Source of the DNA: the human T2T-CHM13v2.0 reference genome, Homo sapiens | Length of the DNA: 64,000 bases | Strand: one strand, 5' to 3' | NCBI RefSeq assembly: GCF_009914755.1 | Contig: NC_060934.1 | Translations under genes and position numbers: made by a program | Part shown: positions 28,481-41,544 of the stretch, piece by piece | Numbering within the stretch: position 1 is the stretch's first letter | Layout: each line of letters begins with the position of its first letter | The notes under the pieces: generated by a model | Databases searched by the model: none | What the model was told of the DNA's origin: nothing | The model's input: the letters and a program-made list of their open reading frames with translations, nothing else

Positions 28481-29269
28481 ACTCATATGAACCTTAAGTC
28501 CTAGACACAACCCCTTCATTTCCAGAATACTTAGATTGACTCCATTGTCTTGACCAAACCCAGACTGATCCAGAATTCCCATGTAAAAAGGATTCTGCCC
28601 AGAGATCAGGATCTGAAGTCTGTAAATACCCAGCAAATGTGTGTGGTTGTCCTGGCTAAAATTTAAACTCACAAATGTACTTTTATTTTGCCCACTTTTT
28701 CCATTCCATCCTATTGAACTTGGACGAGTCATCAATAAATGCCTTCATTTAGAAAGCTGACTTTTTAAGTTACAAATGATGTTGCCATATTCAGGATCAG
28801 TAAGAACTGGGTCCGCTCCACGCCCCAACAGTAGTGGGATTTCCCACCACCCACATACATGGGAAAAGATAAGTCTCCTGCAAAGTTTTTGTCTTTTAAG
28901 CTGAATTTATTTAACTCAAAGCATCTACCCAAGAGCTAAGATAGCCTATAGAACTCCAAGTGTGGACAGAAATAATTAACAGTAATTAAGACACTTGTCA
29001 TTGCTTATGTTTATTAACTTTAAACTATTACCCATGCTTAAGTGCCAAGTGAGGATGAATAAAGAAAAACATAAAGCAGGGCTCTTCTGGTGGGGCTTCA
29101 TCATTCATCTCTTCAGTTAACTGGAGTCTCAGCCGTGATGTTCCAGGCCTCTTCGCTAAAATGCTGCCGCCTGAAAATAACTTGGTGCGGAGGCAGGAAA
29201 TTCTAAAGAAATTAATAAGGTGACAACCCTGCTGTCTTTAAATTCCATCAATATTCATATTTTGCAACA

Positions 29270-29440
29270 TATGGTGAGAGGAGCTCGGACTTTGCAGTTA
29301 GACAGGCCTAGGTTAATATCCTAGCTTTGATATTTACTAGATGTCTCCCCTGCATTTAAATGTGTAAGCCTCAGTTTTCATCTGTGATGATAGTATTACA
29401 AATGAAGTAGGTACAATTATCTTTACCCGTAAGGGAACTT
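29270..29440 (+). mobile_element. MIR
   Basis: ggactttgcagttagacaggcctaggtt...gcctcagttttcatctgt. Confidence 0.7.
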
Positions 29441-29949
29441 CCCATGAGCAGTGATGGCTCCAAGGCATAGAAAGATGGGATGGGACTTCACTGTTCCCTA
29501 ACAAGCTATACCCTCCAACCCAAAAGCACAATCTAAGTAAAAGCTATGAGCTTGCTGTTGAAACCAATTCAATGGTACAATTTGATGTTGAAATAAAATT
29601 AGAAACTCCTAGCCCCTTCCTAGCAGAATGCTACCCCTCAGCCCCTCCTTTATAAGCTGCCAGTTCCCAAAAGAAAATCCGTTTGTGATCCAAGTCATCT
29701 CTCTAAAATATTTCTTTTCATGACAATGTTTTACCACAACTCTACTCTGATGCTTTCCTCTGAATAAAATCAGCAGGTTAATGATTTTAAATATCTGGGT
29801 TAATGTTTCCATTTGAACCATTCCAGGAGACAAACATGAGAATGACTAGGTATCAAATGAATATAGGCACTGAGAAAAAAAAAATTTTGAGTGGGCATTT
29901 TGCTCAGGATTGGGTACTACAGTAGCCGATTTATTTAAAGCAAATTTTT

Positions 29950-30056
29950 TGTTATTGTTGTTTTATTTTATTTATTTATCTTTCTTCAACTTTTAAGTTC
30001 TAGGACATGTGCAGGACGTGCGGGTTTGTTACAAAGGTAAATATGTGCCATGGTGG
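29950..30056 (-). mobile_element. Extremely 5'-truncated L1PA (L1PA8-13-like) 3' end
   Basis: acttttaagttc...catgtgcaggacgtgcgggtttgttacaaaggtaaatatgtgccatggtgg; TSD ttta(a/t)agcaa(a/g)ttttt at 29934-29949 and 30057-30072. Confidence 0.85.
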
Positions 30057-30441
30057 TTTATAGCAAGTTTTTAAAATCCTCCCCAGCTCTGACAATCATT
30101 TGCGTACTCCACAGAGATTAATTGGTAAATTAGTTACCTAATAAAGAGTAATTAATAAAGATTGTTGATTGACTCTTTGCCATAATGTATCCTGGGTCAT
30201 GCAGGGGACACACCAGTGAACAAGAGAGACACAGTGCCCATTCCATGGCACAGGCACACTCCTAGAGCTGTGTTTTCAGCCTCTTCTTTTCGTTATTACC
30301 CCCAACAAAGAGCTTTTTAAGAATCTTTTTTCTTAACCCATGATGTACTGCATACCTGTATATACTGCATATATTGTATATATCATAGATATACTATATA
30401 TCTGCTTAAGTTTTGAATGTATATCTGTGATTTACACATTA

Positions 30442-30765
<324 letters not shown>

Positions 30766-31349
30766 TCATCCTCTAAGAACTAATGTTTCCCCCTTTGGAG
30801 CAATATTGCCGCCAATGCAAATGCATGTCCTGCAGCATAAAGATACACCAGAACAGAACAAACCCCAGAAGCTGAAAGTCCCATGAAGCCCAATTGAGAT
30901 GGATGGAGACAGAGGGAGCATGAGACAAACAAAGTTTAAAAATGAATTAATTGCAATCATTCATAAGGTCAAATGCCAACTAGACATCCCAACTCCATTG
31001 GGTGTGTGTGAATACTACAAAGAACATAGACTCCATCCCTAACTTTGGAACAGAGCGAATCAACTCCGTTTGGAGACCTAAGCAGAGACCACATAGGCTG
31101 GTTAGCGAACAATGAAGTCCTCCATTAGAGGAGGATTGCAGGTGCAATAGTCAGAGATGGAGCAATCACTGTGAGCTGGTGGGGGTGGAAAACAAGGCGT
31201 TCTTAAGGAGTTGGAGCCCAAAAAGACCTTGGTGAATAGGTATTTGGATGCATTCCTTTGGAGAGCAATTATCTAGCACCTTCTATGTAGGACACTGAGC
31301 TAGAACTGGGTTTCCAAAGATGATAAAGACCATACAAGGCCCTGAGTCT

Positions 31350-31760
31350 GCTGTAAGAACAGACGGGCACAGGAATAACTCTCAAGGAACAGGTACCAAC
31401 GGAGGGATGAGCCTGCATGGCTGGGTAGAAGCAGCAGTGCTGGGGCCACAAGACCTCTAATACCATACAGGTTTTCCCTGTGGAGGAAATGAAAAAGGAA
31501 GGCAGTTTGGGTTGCAGGAGTCTTAGCCTGCTTCTCAGTTCTAAGAAAGTATTGGGAAGCCCATAGGGCACCCTGGAGTCAGAGCTGCCCACCAGAGGCA
31601 TCCCACATTTCTCAGCCTTAACATCCCTGCCAAACTCACTCTCTGGCTGGGAGCAGCCACATCAGTGTGGTGATAGATTCAGAGCACAGCAGCTAAAGCC
31701 ATCAACAATTACGCTCCTTGCAGAAGGAGAGCTTAGGGGTTCACATTCATAGCCAGTACA
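31350..31760. mobile_element. LTR16-type ERVL LTR
   Basis: cagttctaagaaagt...gagctgcccaccagaggcatccc...atccctgcc...ctggctgggagcagcc. Confidence 0.55.
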
Positions 31761-33845
31761 GGTGGATTTTATGAGAAAATGTGCAAACTCAGCAGTTATA
31801 TCAAGCACGAGGTTTGACCAACCTTGTCAATGATAAGGTGTTTATTATTATTACTATTAACAAAATACTAGGGGGAATACCAAACATGGAGTGTGCCCAT
31901 TAATTTCTCCAAGAATTGTAGAGGAATTCAGCGAGGATGCATAGGTGGGATAGGGCCTTGGAGAACAGCTAAGATTTCTTCAATGGACGAGGAGGCTTCT
32001 GGAAAGACAGGATGACCTGCCTGGGAGAGGGGGTCAAGGACAGACATGATCCCCATCCGCTGGGGATCCCCTGGCTGGATCAAGCAGACAAAGCCCGCCA
32101 GCAGTTTTAATTAGTTGAGGGTTACAAGGTTTCCCCTTCTCCCTGGTGCAGCTTTGCCCGTGCCGATATTACAGACAAAGCCCAGAGGCGACACAGGCAT
32201 GGCCCACCCCAGCAGGCTCCCTTCAAGGAGACCTCTCCCCAGAGCCGTACACAAGGGATGTCAAAACACCCTCAGCTGGATGTGGCTGTCCCCAGTCTGC
32301 CCAAGATTCAGTGACATGGAGCTGCCAGACCCCCACTGCAGGCTGTCCCTATTTGTAGTCATTACACCCACCAGGGTGGCAGGCTCCACAGGCCTGGGTT
32401 TGGCCTGCCCCACCAATCTCTCCCAAGTAATGTCCAAACCCACACTCTTCCTTAAGTGTCTTGAAACCAAGAAAGATGGAGAGCTGTACATATTTTAACC
32501 TCTTCCATGCTATACCCAAGCTTTGGAGAGATTATGAGTAAATCACAGCAGGACTGGGTGCTAGCCTAGCCTCTCCTTTGCAATCAGCTCTAAAACACAA
32601 AGTCTAATCTCTTGGAAGTGCTATGCAAAGAAGGCACATTTTGCCTGCTGTCGCTGCTTTCAGTAATCATGAATGAAAGTACAGTAGTTAACCTCCAGCA
32701 ACTCCGAGCCACACACACACTCAGCTTGCTCTTCCTGCCCTTGCTTTTTCTCATTTCTCCTCTAGATGGAATGCCTCCTGGGTCTACTCAACCCATTGAC
32801 AACTCCTCCTTCCCCTAAAATCATCTGTCACCTCCTCCTGGAAGGCTTCCTGGATGCACAGGCTAGGCTGTGTCCTGGTCTTCTGTGCTCCCATAATTGC
32901 CTAGGCATGACTCTATCCTTGTAAGCGGAGTATCGAGCAGTGATGTCACACCTTTGCAGCTCCTTGAGGAGAGGGTCTATGTGGTCACCATCTGTGTGTG
33001 GCTGGCACCTGACAATTGCAGACCTGGCTGATATACACCTGGGTCATAGTTCTTAGAATAATGAAGCACCATGGTAAGTCATGTGCTGGTGAGAGGAGCA
33101 GGGGTGGAAACTGATTACATGACATGATGTCATTTTAAGACATTTCAGGTGGGGCTTCACAATCCCTGGGCTGTGAAAGGAGACAAGAGAAAAGCTAACT
33201 TGATACAAGCAATGTCCCTACAGGGCAAAAATGCAGAGAATCACCTGGGTGAACCCAGACCGATGGTGTCATGGGCTTTCATCAGCCTTAGTCAGTAACT
33301 TTTAGTTCTGAGTTCCTCCCTGGGCATCGCCAATAAGGCCAAGTCCTGTGCCCAGATGTCTCTGAGTGATTTTTCACCCTAGCACGTCTCTCTAAAACCA
33401 TGGAGTTTTTCTTTAAGTCCTAGGCTCTAAGGAGAGAAATGAAAAACGCTTGTGTGCCAGCTCATAAAAAGTTAGGTTATGAATGCCTACAGTAAAAGTT
33501 CGCACATGGGTCCGAGGACCTGGTTATTTTGATGGTTTTCAGTGTAAGACTCACTTCACCAGCATTGTTGAGTTTGGAAAGTGAACTGTTGAAAGAACTT
33601 GAAATCCATTTTTAAAATTCGAGGCCCTCCTGTATTGATTTTCATCCCTACACCCAAAAAGGTGCACTAGGAATGTACCCTTAAACACCACCGAACAGGA
33701 TCATCCAATCAAAGAGCATGATATCTGAGATCTTCTAAGTCAGTGTTCTCATTCCATGCATGAGGAAATCAGGTCTAGAAATTTCACCATCTGCCAACGG
33801 CCCACAGACAGCAAGTGATGGCTGATGCTGAGGATGGACTTGAGA

Positions 33846-34272
33846 CTGGGTTGAATTACATCTCCCAAGAAGATATGTTCAAGTCCTAATTCCCAGTTCC
33901 TGTGAATGGGACCTTATTTGAAAATAGCGTCTTTGCAGATATAATCAATTAAGATGAGGTCATAGTAGAGTAGGGTGGCCCCTAATCCAGTGACTAGCGT
34001 CCTTGTAAAAGGGGAGGAATTTGAACACAGAGACATGTAGGGAAAATGTCATATGAAAACAGAGACAGAGACTGGAGTTAGGCCGCCATAGGCCAAGCAA
34101 CACTAAGGCTTGCTGGCAACAAACTGAAGCAAAGAGGTAGGCATGAAACAGACCTCCCCGTGAGCCCTGAAGAAAGAACCAACTGGGCTTACACCTTGAT
34201 CTTGGCCTTCTATCCTCCTGCACTATGACAGAATACATTTCTGTTGTTTTAAGCCACCCAGTTTGTGGTACT
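33846..34272 (+). mobile_element. MLT1C-like solo LTR
   Basis: gggttgaatt...gatatgttcaagtcctaa...gaccttatttgaaaatagcgtctttgcagat...tttctgttgttttaagccacccagtttgtggta. Confidence 0.88.
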
Positions 34273-34684
34273 CCTAATATAAATCCCAAGTCTGGTTTTC
34301 TGCCTCCATGAGTTTCCAGAATTAGAACCTAAGTGTAGGAAACATTCTTCTAACCCAGGGCTATTTCTGCCACTTCAGGAAGAAGGCAGAAAATGTGACC
34401 ACTTTTGACCTCAGTTCTGAGGAGCACAAGAATCTAAATCAGGGAAACATCCCTTCATCAGGGTACAAGTTCAAAGGGCTCAGTTAAGATAAATTAGTAT
34501 ATTCAAGACGTGAGTGTTTCCATTGAGGGACTGTTGTGTAGCAGTGTACACTCTGGAAGCCAAGACACAGTGGTCATCCTCACAAGGAGCCCAGAAAGAC
34601 ATATGCCTGTCCAATTTCCCAACCCAAATGATAAGTAGTCTCAGTGGACAGTCTAATTCTATGAATTTCCAGTGTTACTTTGGG

Positions 34685-35180
34685 GTCACGTGACTTGCTA
34701 CACACACACTCTTGGAATTGGTGAAAAACACAGAGTGTTCCAGAAATATCAGCATCCAGACTGCCAAGAGGATTCTAAATGGAGCTTGCAATCACTGAGG
34801 TTTGAAATAATTGTCTTCCCCCTAATCAGATAATCACTGCCACCCAAGCAGTTCCAACACCCAGGGCAGAAGAGGGGCTGGGAGGGGCATCAGGCCAGTC
34901 TCTGTGGCCTCACTCAGGATTCCCATGGATGTGAGGCATCAGAGAGAAATCCTCAGTGGTGTTTCACGTTTCCCAAAGTTTTGGTCTGAGTTCACTGTTC
35001 ATCTCATAACTGTTCTGGGTGATCCAACATGCGTGAGGGTTTGTTCAGGCTGTTTAGAGTTCTTTTGTGAAACTGTCAAAACAATGACCTCATTTGGAGC
35101 CATCTGCTGGCATGCAGGATTGGCACGGAGCTCGCTGCTGATGTGTGTCGCTGGGGCAATCAATTCAAGATGGCCACTCT
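34685..35180. promoter_or_regulatory. Candidate cis-regulatory module: CLEAR/USF palindrome, CTCF-like core, YY1 core
   Basis: GTCACGTGAC 34685-34694; GCCATCTGCTGG 35099-35110; CAAGATGGCC 35166-35175; lies in apparently repeat-free sequence. Confidence 0.4.
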
Positions 35181-36003
35181 GGGCACACCGTTTACTAAGC
35201 GATATCGGAGCAGATAACTGATTGCTCCATCTCTTCCTCAAGTTACTAAACATGTTAGTGCTCACACAGCCTCCACCAAAGGCTGTGTGCCAGGCATGGC
35301 AAAGGGAAGACATCATCTGCTGACCCAGAAACACAAACCCCTACATTTCCTGGAGTGGAGGGTGCTTCTCCTGCCAGGTCCTGGCCTGAACATTAACTTG
35401 CAAAGCAAAAGAAACATGATTTAATCAGAGAAAACGATTGTCTTTGGAGCAGAAAGCATGTGAGTACTATCAACATGTGGATACCAACAACAGAAGATGA
35501 CCTTTATCTGATGCTGCGTGGCTGGGCCAGGGCTCTCCTAAAAACAGCAGAATCCGTGGGAAAGAATCACTCTGGGCATAATTCAGACTCAGTTCGTGAT
35601 CCTCTGAAGAGAATGAATTGGGACAGTCTAGAAAGGCATGAAGCCCGTAGGTATTTCTGAATTGTGACCGAGTTTGCCTAGCACAGCGTTTTCACAGCCT
35701 GTGCAATTAGAGAGCAGGTGTGTTTTAAGTGCTCATGAAAAGAAGAGCCCTCATTTTTATTGCAAGTTTTCCCTCATTTCTCTGAGAAACAAAACAGAGC
35801 AACTCAAGGAATATGCAGGAAAATTGTTTTTGACCCAATTTGTTGTCGTTGCCAACTTACTTTCCAAAGTGGTTAATTAGGCAAGCTCAGCAGAACTTTC
35901 CAGTTTCTGCAAGGGTGCCAGTTTCGGAGCACCTCTGTAGACTCCCTCTGCTGAGGGATGAGATGGTGACACTTTTCTCAGATTTCCTTTTGTTTATCAG
36001 ATC

Positions 36004-36032
36004 GGGGTGTGTGCTGGGGTCGGGGCTGGGGG
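36004..36032 (+). other. Predicted G-quadruplex
   Basis: GGGG-tgtgtgct-GGGG-tc-GGGG-ct-GGGGG. Confidence 0.6.
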
Positions 36033-37974
36033 TGAGCCTTAGCTCACATGTGAAAAACAGCCACTAGACATTTCTCATGAATCTGAGCAGTTTCAGACCT
36101 CTTGTGCATGTGTTAAGTCTGATGTGAGCTTGTAATCAGAGCCAATTCCTCAAAACTCAGTTCAAGTGGGTGGTGGTAATTTGCAAGGTCACTGCGTCAT
36201 TATCAACACACAGCAAAATAAGAGCAGGATTGCACCTCAATACATAGGACACGGTGAAGAGAAAGTTGTTAGGGCTAGAGAAGAAACCAAATGAGATAGG
36301 GAAACCGGAGAGGGGTGGGGGGAATAACAAGTTTGCCATCTGCCTGGAGGCATGTCTCCTAAATTGGCCAGCATCACACTGATAGCAGGGGCCCAGATAC
36401 CTTCACTGAGGGATGCATTTTGCAGAATCTCCCTTCAGCATTGACCAGGCACACACACACAAAGCAAACCTTCTAATAACAGTAATAATGATGATGATGA
36501 TGTACTTGGTGGATGGGTTGGGGAGATTATAAAAGGAAGCACATTAGTAAAAAATACTTTTTGACATCCACCTACCCCAACAGTAGAGTTATAAATGTTA
36601 AAAGGATCCCATCCAAAATACAACTTCAAGAAAAGTTTACTCCTAAAGAGACATCATTGATTCAACCCCAGTAAAACATAATCAAACTGGAAATCTATCT
36701 AGACACAAATACCTCTCTGCCTTCAGAAAATCCAAACTGGACCACATGTATTTGACATTTTTTAAAGGCTATTTTAATTAATACCCACCCAAGAAAAATA
36801 CCAGAAAAGATAAACTGCTTCCTACTAGACACAGTCTTGTATACAACTTTTAGAGCTTCTTCCTTTCCTTGCACTACATCAAAAGGCGACTGCTCTTTGG
36901 GCCATTGTCATTAGCTCAGCATTATTATTTAAAATACCAAATATGATGACTTTCCTGAAACTATCAAAAATAGCTATTTTTACATACTGAAATCCACTCT
37001 AGCTTTACAATATGTGGATTTTTATAACTTACTTTAAAAATCACATTTTATGCATGCTTTCTTTAGTAAATCTTACAGAAAAAAGCAATAAAGCAATGAT
37101 CTGACCCAATAATTAACTATAAGGCACTGAAATTCCTGGTTTGAAACAAGCAGCAATACAAATTTTGGTGCATTTAGCTATGTCACAAGTATAGCTTGAA
37201 GGTCTAAATCATCTTAATATCTCATGTGATGCTTGTTAATATTCACCATTTAAGTGAATATGTCTTATATTTAAATACTCATTATTATTATTACTCAATT
37301 TAAAATCCAGCCAAAGTAATTTCAGGCAAGGCAATGCATGCAAAGGTTTCTTCCTTCTACAATTCTTCTACAAGACTTAGAGCAAGTTAGAATTCTGGTA
37401 GCAGTTTGATTTTTTTGGTTTGCTTTTGTTTGTTTTTGGTTAAAGGTAAAAACAAGGTCACACCTATCAGCAGCCTAGCTGAACTTCCTAATCCACTTAC
37501 TTTCTGGGAAAGGGCTTTCTAAGGACCTGGTTTAAATCTGAGGTGACAGTGGGTCTACCCCCTGCATCGGTGCTGGGTGCTACAAGCATCCCACTGGATG
37601 CATGTGGTTCCAGGCTGACAATGGCTGTCCTGTTGGAGCTGAGAGCGTCATCTCCCAGGGTGCTGGAACTCTCAAATTTAAAGAAAAGAGCAAGTAAACT
37701 CAGGTGAGGCAGAAAAATAGTCTGCTTGATACATGCTTGATCTCATACCTGACCCCACCCACAAGTCAAATGCCACCTTCTACTAGGATGCATGGGGTCC
37801 CTGGCTTGCAAATTACGCTAGAAAAAAAGCAGTACCCTGGAAAATGTGATTCAAATTTGTGATAAATATTTATGTGGCCAGAGATGTCTCAATTCAGGTC
37901 TATGTGTCTGTCCCTCCCAAGGTTGTCACCATCTAGAACAAACTCCTTCATCAGCTTATTGTTCCAGAGAGAGC

Positions 37975-38160
37975 AGAGTGAAGCAATCAATTGCACCAGC
38001 TCTGGAAACAGAATTTAATTCTTAGTCTCCTGGTAACTGTGACACTGGTAAATTGCTTTTCCTCCCCATGTCTCAGTTTCCTCATCTGCAAAATGGAGAC
38101 AATACAACACCTGTCTCAAACAGCTATGGTAAGGGTCAGTGCAACGTGCTCAGTTATTTG
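37975..38160 (+). mobile_element. MIR
   Basis: tctcagtttcctcatctgcaaaatggagacaata core. Confidence 0.8.
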
Positions 38161-38299
38161 CAGCCCCCGAAGACTTTTGCACTCACCCTTGCTTCTGGCT
38201 AAAAGGTACTTCAGCTGCCTTTCCCAATAGCTGATTCTTCAACATCCACTCCTTGGATGAGGGATTTCCCGTACACCCTACCTCAATCAAACATGTATA

Positions 38300-38540
38300 C
38301 AGTTGTCCCTAGGTATACAGAAGGCAGTGGTTCCAGCATCCCTGAGTACTCCAACATCCCTGCATACTCAAGTCCCACAGTCAGCCCTGCAGAACCAAGG
38401 TATATGAAAACTTATCCCTCCTTATACCAAGTTTTGCATCCTGAGATGAGAATACTGTATTTTCAATTGGCATTTCGTTGAAAAAAAAAATCTACATAAA
38501 AGTGGACCTGTGCTGCTGAAACTCGCATTGTCCAAAACTG
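38300..38540 (+). mobile_element. MER8 (Tigger) MITE nested in L2 (~38190-38780)
   Basis: cagttgtccctaggtatac...catactcaagtcccacagtcagccctgcagaacc...aagtggacctgtg. Confidence 0.85.
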
Positions 38541-39168
38541 TTATGTTTTTCATGACAATCATCACATCCTAAAGTATCCAGTTTGCTGTTAACTTGTGGA
38601 TTGTCAATTCCCCCTCCCCTCCAGCTCTCTCTCTCTCATACACAGGCAGGTACATGACAGTGACCTCTCTGAAAACTGAGATCTTGCCTACCTTATTACC
38701 ATATTATTGGAGCCTCAAGCAAGGCTTCGGACAGAGCAGGAGCTCAATGAATATCTATTCTTCAATGAATACATGCATGTAAAGTACTTACAAGATACTA
38801 GGCCCTCAAAAAATATCAGCCAGATGAATGAATAAAAAGCACTTGAGAGGTTTCTAGTCCAGTTACAAATCTGGTGTTTAGAGAATCTTCAAATTCACTG
38901 TGTCTCCTGCTTTCCGTGTTGATCTCCCTAGGATCAGACATAGGCCACAAATGCAAGACTTGCTCTTATTACCTGTGTGTGAGCAGAGGAGGCAGAGCAA
39001 AGCCCAGAGGCTCTCAAGCCAGACAGACCTGAGCCCAAATCCTGACTTTACAACATCTCCTTGGGATCGTCATGCATCCAGGTCCTCCTTCTGGAAAGAT
39101 GGAGTAATGCCACAATGTCCTTGGGCAGAAAAGAAGATTAACAGAGAGAAAACATAAAAACCGTTTAG

Positions 39169-39345
39169 CAGGACTGGTTACAGAATTTGCAAGGCCCAGT
39201 GAAAACTGAAAATGTAGGATCCTAGTTCAAAAATCACTAAGAATGTCAAGTCGGTGACAGTAAAGCATTAAACTTAGAAGTGCAGGGCCCTTCTAAGCAT
39301 GGGGCCCTGTGGGACTTCACAGGTCATACTCATGAAGCCACCCTG
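39169..39345 (-). mobile_element. MER45A (hAT-Tip100) MITE
   Basis: caggactggttacagaatttgcaaggcccagtg...ggggccctgtg...catgaagccaccctg; ~177 bp. Confidence 0.8.
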
Positions 39346-39814
39346 CTGCCCAACCTAAAGTCTGGCACACAGTAGAAGTCTAACAAATGCGTGTCTTTTT
39401 TTCCCTCCTTCCCTTCTCATTAACAATCTGATGTAATGAAATGAGACAGATTGTAGCTATTGGCTGAACAAAGGAATCCTGAACAGTGGAATTTCTAGTA
39501 TTGCTAACCATTCCGGCTAATTATCCAGTTTGTGAATTATTCAGATACTTTGCTTGTCTTTCTTTTCATCCTTTGAGTTATGTCACTGCTCACTGATAAT
39601 TAAAAATAAATCATTCCATCCCCTATTTGTCTCTTGTACCTTGATAAATGACCATTGAAAGAAAAAGTTGAAACTACAGACTCATATAGTTGGACTGAAA
39701 AAACGCATACTATATTTACCCGCAATGTACTCATTCTTTCAATATGCATTCATTCATTGCCTAGCAGTGCACCTTAGTCAGGTAAGTGGGACAGCCCCTG
39801 AGACAGGGCCCTGG

Positions 39815-40150
39815 TATTATTAGTCAGGACTTTTGTGGTTACAAGAGAAAGAAACCAAACTCAATTAAGCAAATGAGGAATTATCATTTCACTTGATTAT
39901 GAAGTTCTAGGGTCCAGCTCAGGTATAGCTAGATCCAGAAACACAAATATTATGATCAGTCCTGTACAATTACCAATGATGGAGATGGGATTCAAAGATT
40001 AGCAAGATCTGGTGGTCATATATTCATATCTGCTACCAGAGGGTGGGCAGGGCATCACAACTGACAACTGCCGGGATCAACAGGGGATGAGAAAGCAATT
40101 GCCTGATGGAAAGAGTGGTACTGAACACCAAATTACAATAGGTGGCCAAT
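39815..40150 (-). mobile_element. MLT1 (J/K-type) LTR fragment
   Basis: tattagtcaggacttttgtggttacaagagaaagaaaccaaactcaa. Confidence 0.55.
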
Positions 40151-40301
40151 ATCTGAGAATCAGGACCCTATGAAACATGTATTCCTGAAGTTCCTCATCC
40201 CTTCCCAACAAATATTCCAGTGGGGGAGGGGCAAAGGAAGCCCTGATCTAGGATACTACGAAAATACAATGATTTTAAAATATTCTTTCTCCAGTTCTCT
40301 T

Positions 40302-40579
40302 CCATGGCCTGTTAGGAACCGGGCCGCACAGCAGGAGGTGAGCAGCGGGTGAGCAAGCAAAGCTGAGCTCCCCCTCCTGTCAGATCAGTGGCGGCATTAG
40401 ATTCTTACAGGAGCATAAACCCTATTGTGAACTGTGCATGCAAGGGATCTAGGCCGTATGCTTCTTATGAGAATCTAATGACAAATGTAATGTGCTTCAT
40501 CCCGAAACCATCCCCCACTCCACATCCGTGGAAAAATTGTCTTCCATGAAACAGGTGCCAAAAAGGTTGGGGACCACTG
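40302..40579 (+). mobile_element. MER1 (hAT-Charlie3) MITE with internal deletions
   Basis: ggcctgttaggaaccgggccgcacagcaggaggtgagc...gtgccaaaaaggttggggaccactg. Confidence 0.9.
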
Positions 40580-41544
40580 ATCTAAATATTTCCAAATATC
40601 CAGATGTCCGGCATCCAGCATAACTTCAAGCCACGGCATACAGGAGCCTCCTTCAGCAGCCAAAACAAAATTGCTCCTCAGAACCAGGTTCAGATTGTAA
40701 TTTTCTGAGAACAGAAGTACCTTATCAGGTGCTGTTTCTTGAAGAAACAAGTTAGCCCTATCCCAATATGAGAGCTAAGTGTAAGAATGAAAATGAACAC
40801 AGGAAAAATGTAATATTTCTGAAGGTAAAACTGACATTTGGTTTTCCTTGCCTACCTGAGTTTCATTTCAGAAGTAGGTATTTTTTAAAATCCTGGTGGC
40901 TCTTCCCAGGCTTGGTGATGAAAAAAATTGCTTAAATAGTGAATGCTGTAATACAGAGAACACCTGACTAGAGACTAGACCCTGGTTTTGGTCAGTTTAC
41001 CACCCTAGAGACTTGGGCACATAATTTAACATGGCTTCTCTTCCCATAAAACACAGTTGTTAAATGGGATGAGCTCTAACTCCATCGTGATTATGAGGAA
41101 TAAGTACTTACAGAAGTCATAAAACTAACACCTCACCTTTCTAGAACATTCTACCATTTGTAAAGCCTTTTCATGCAAAGCTCATTTGATCCCCACAGTC
41201 ACTCTGTGAGTCATATACTCAGTCAAACTTGTTCCCTATGTGGAGTTGCAATGTGACTTGTGTGAGGACACTAGGATAATAGGTGCTAGATATGACCCAA
41301 ATCACATCTTCATGTTCTGTTCCTGTCTTTCTATGCTACAAGCTCTCTCCGTCATCTTTGTTGTGAAATACATCTCCAGCCTTTGTAACTCAGTTCAAGT
41401 TTTCACGTACATTATTATCTTTTGAAACACCTTGATAGATTTCAGGTGCCATATGATAGGTCGTCTAGTCTCCAATGGGTTCATCAATTTCTAAATAAAC
41501 TGTATCTGAAATCTAAGGCTAAAATGATGACTTGGTGCTCCATA

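Noticed and set aside
37749-37817. 69-nt minus-strand unit with good acceptor (tttttttctAG) and donor (CAG/GTATGA)
   Set aside because: The peptide is unrecognised, and such pseudo-exons are expected by chance in 64 kb; no independent support.
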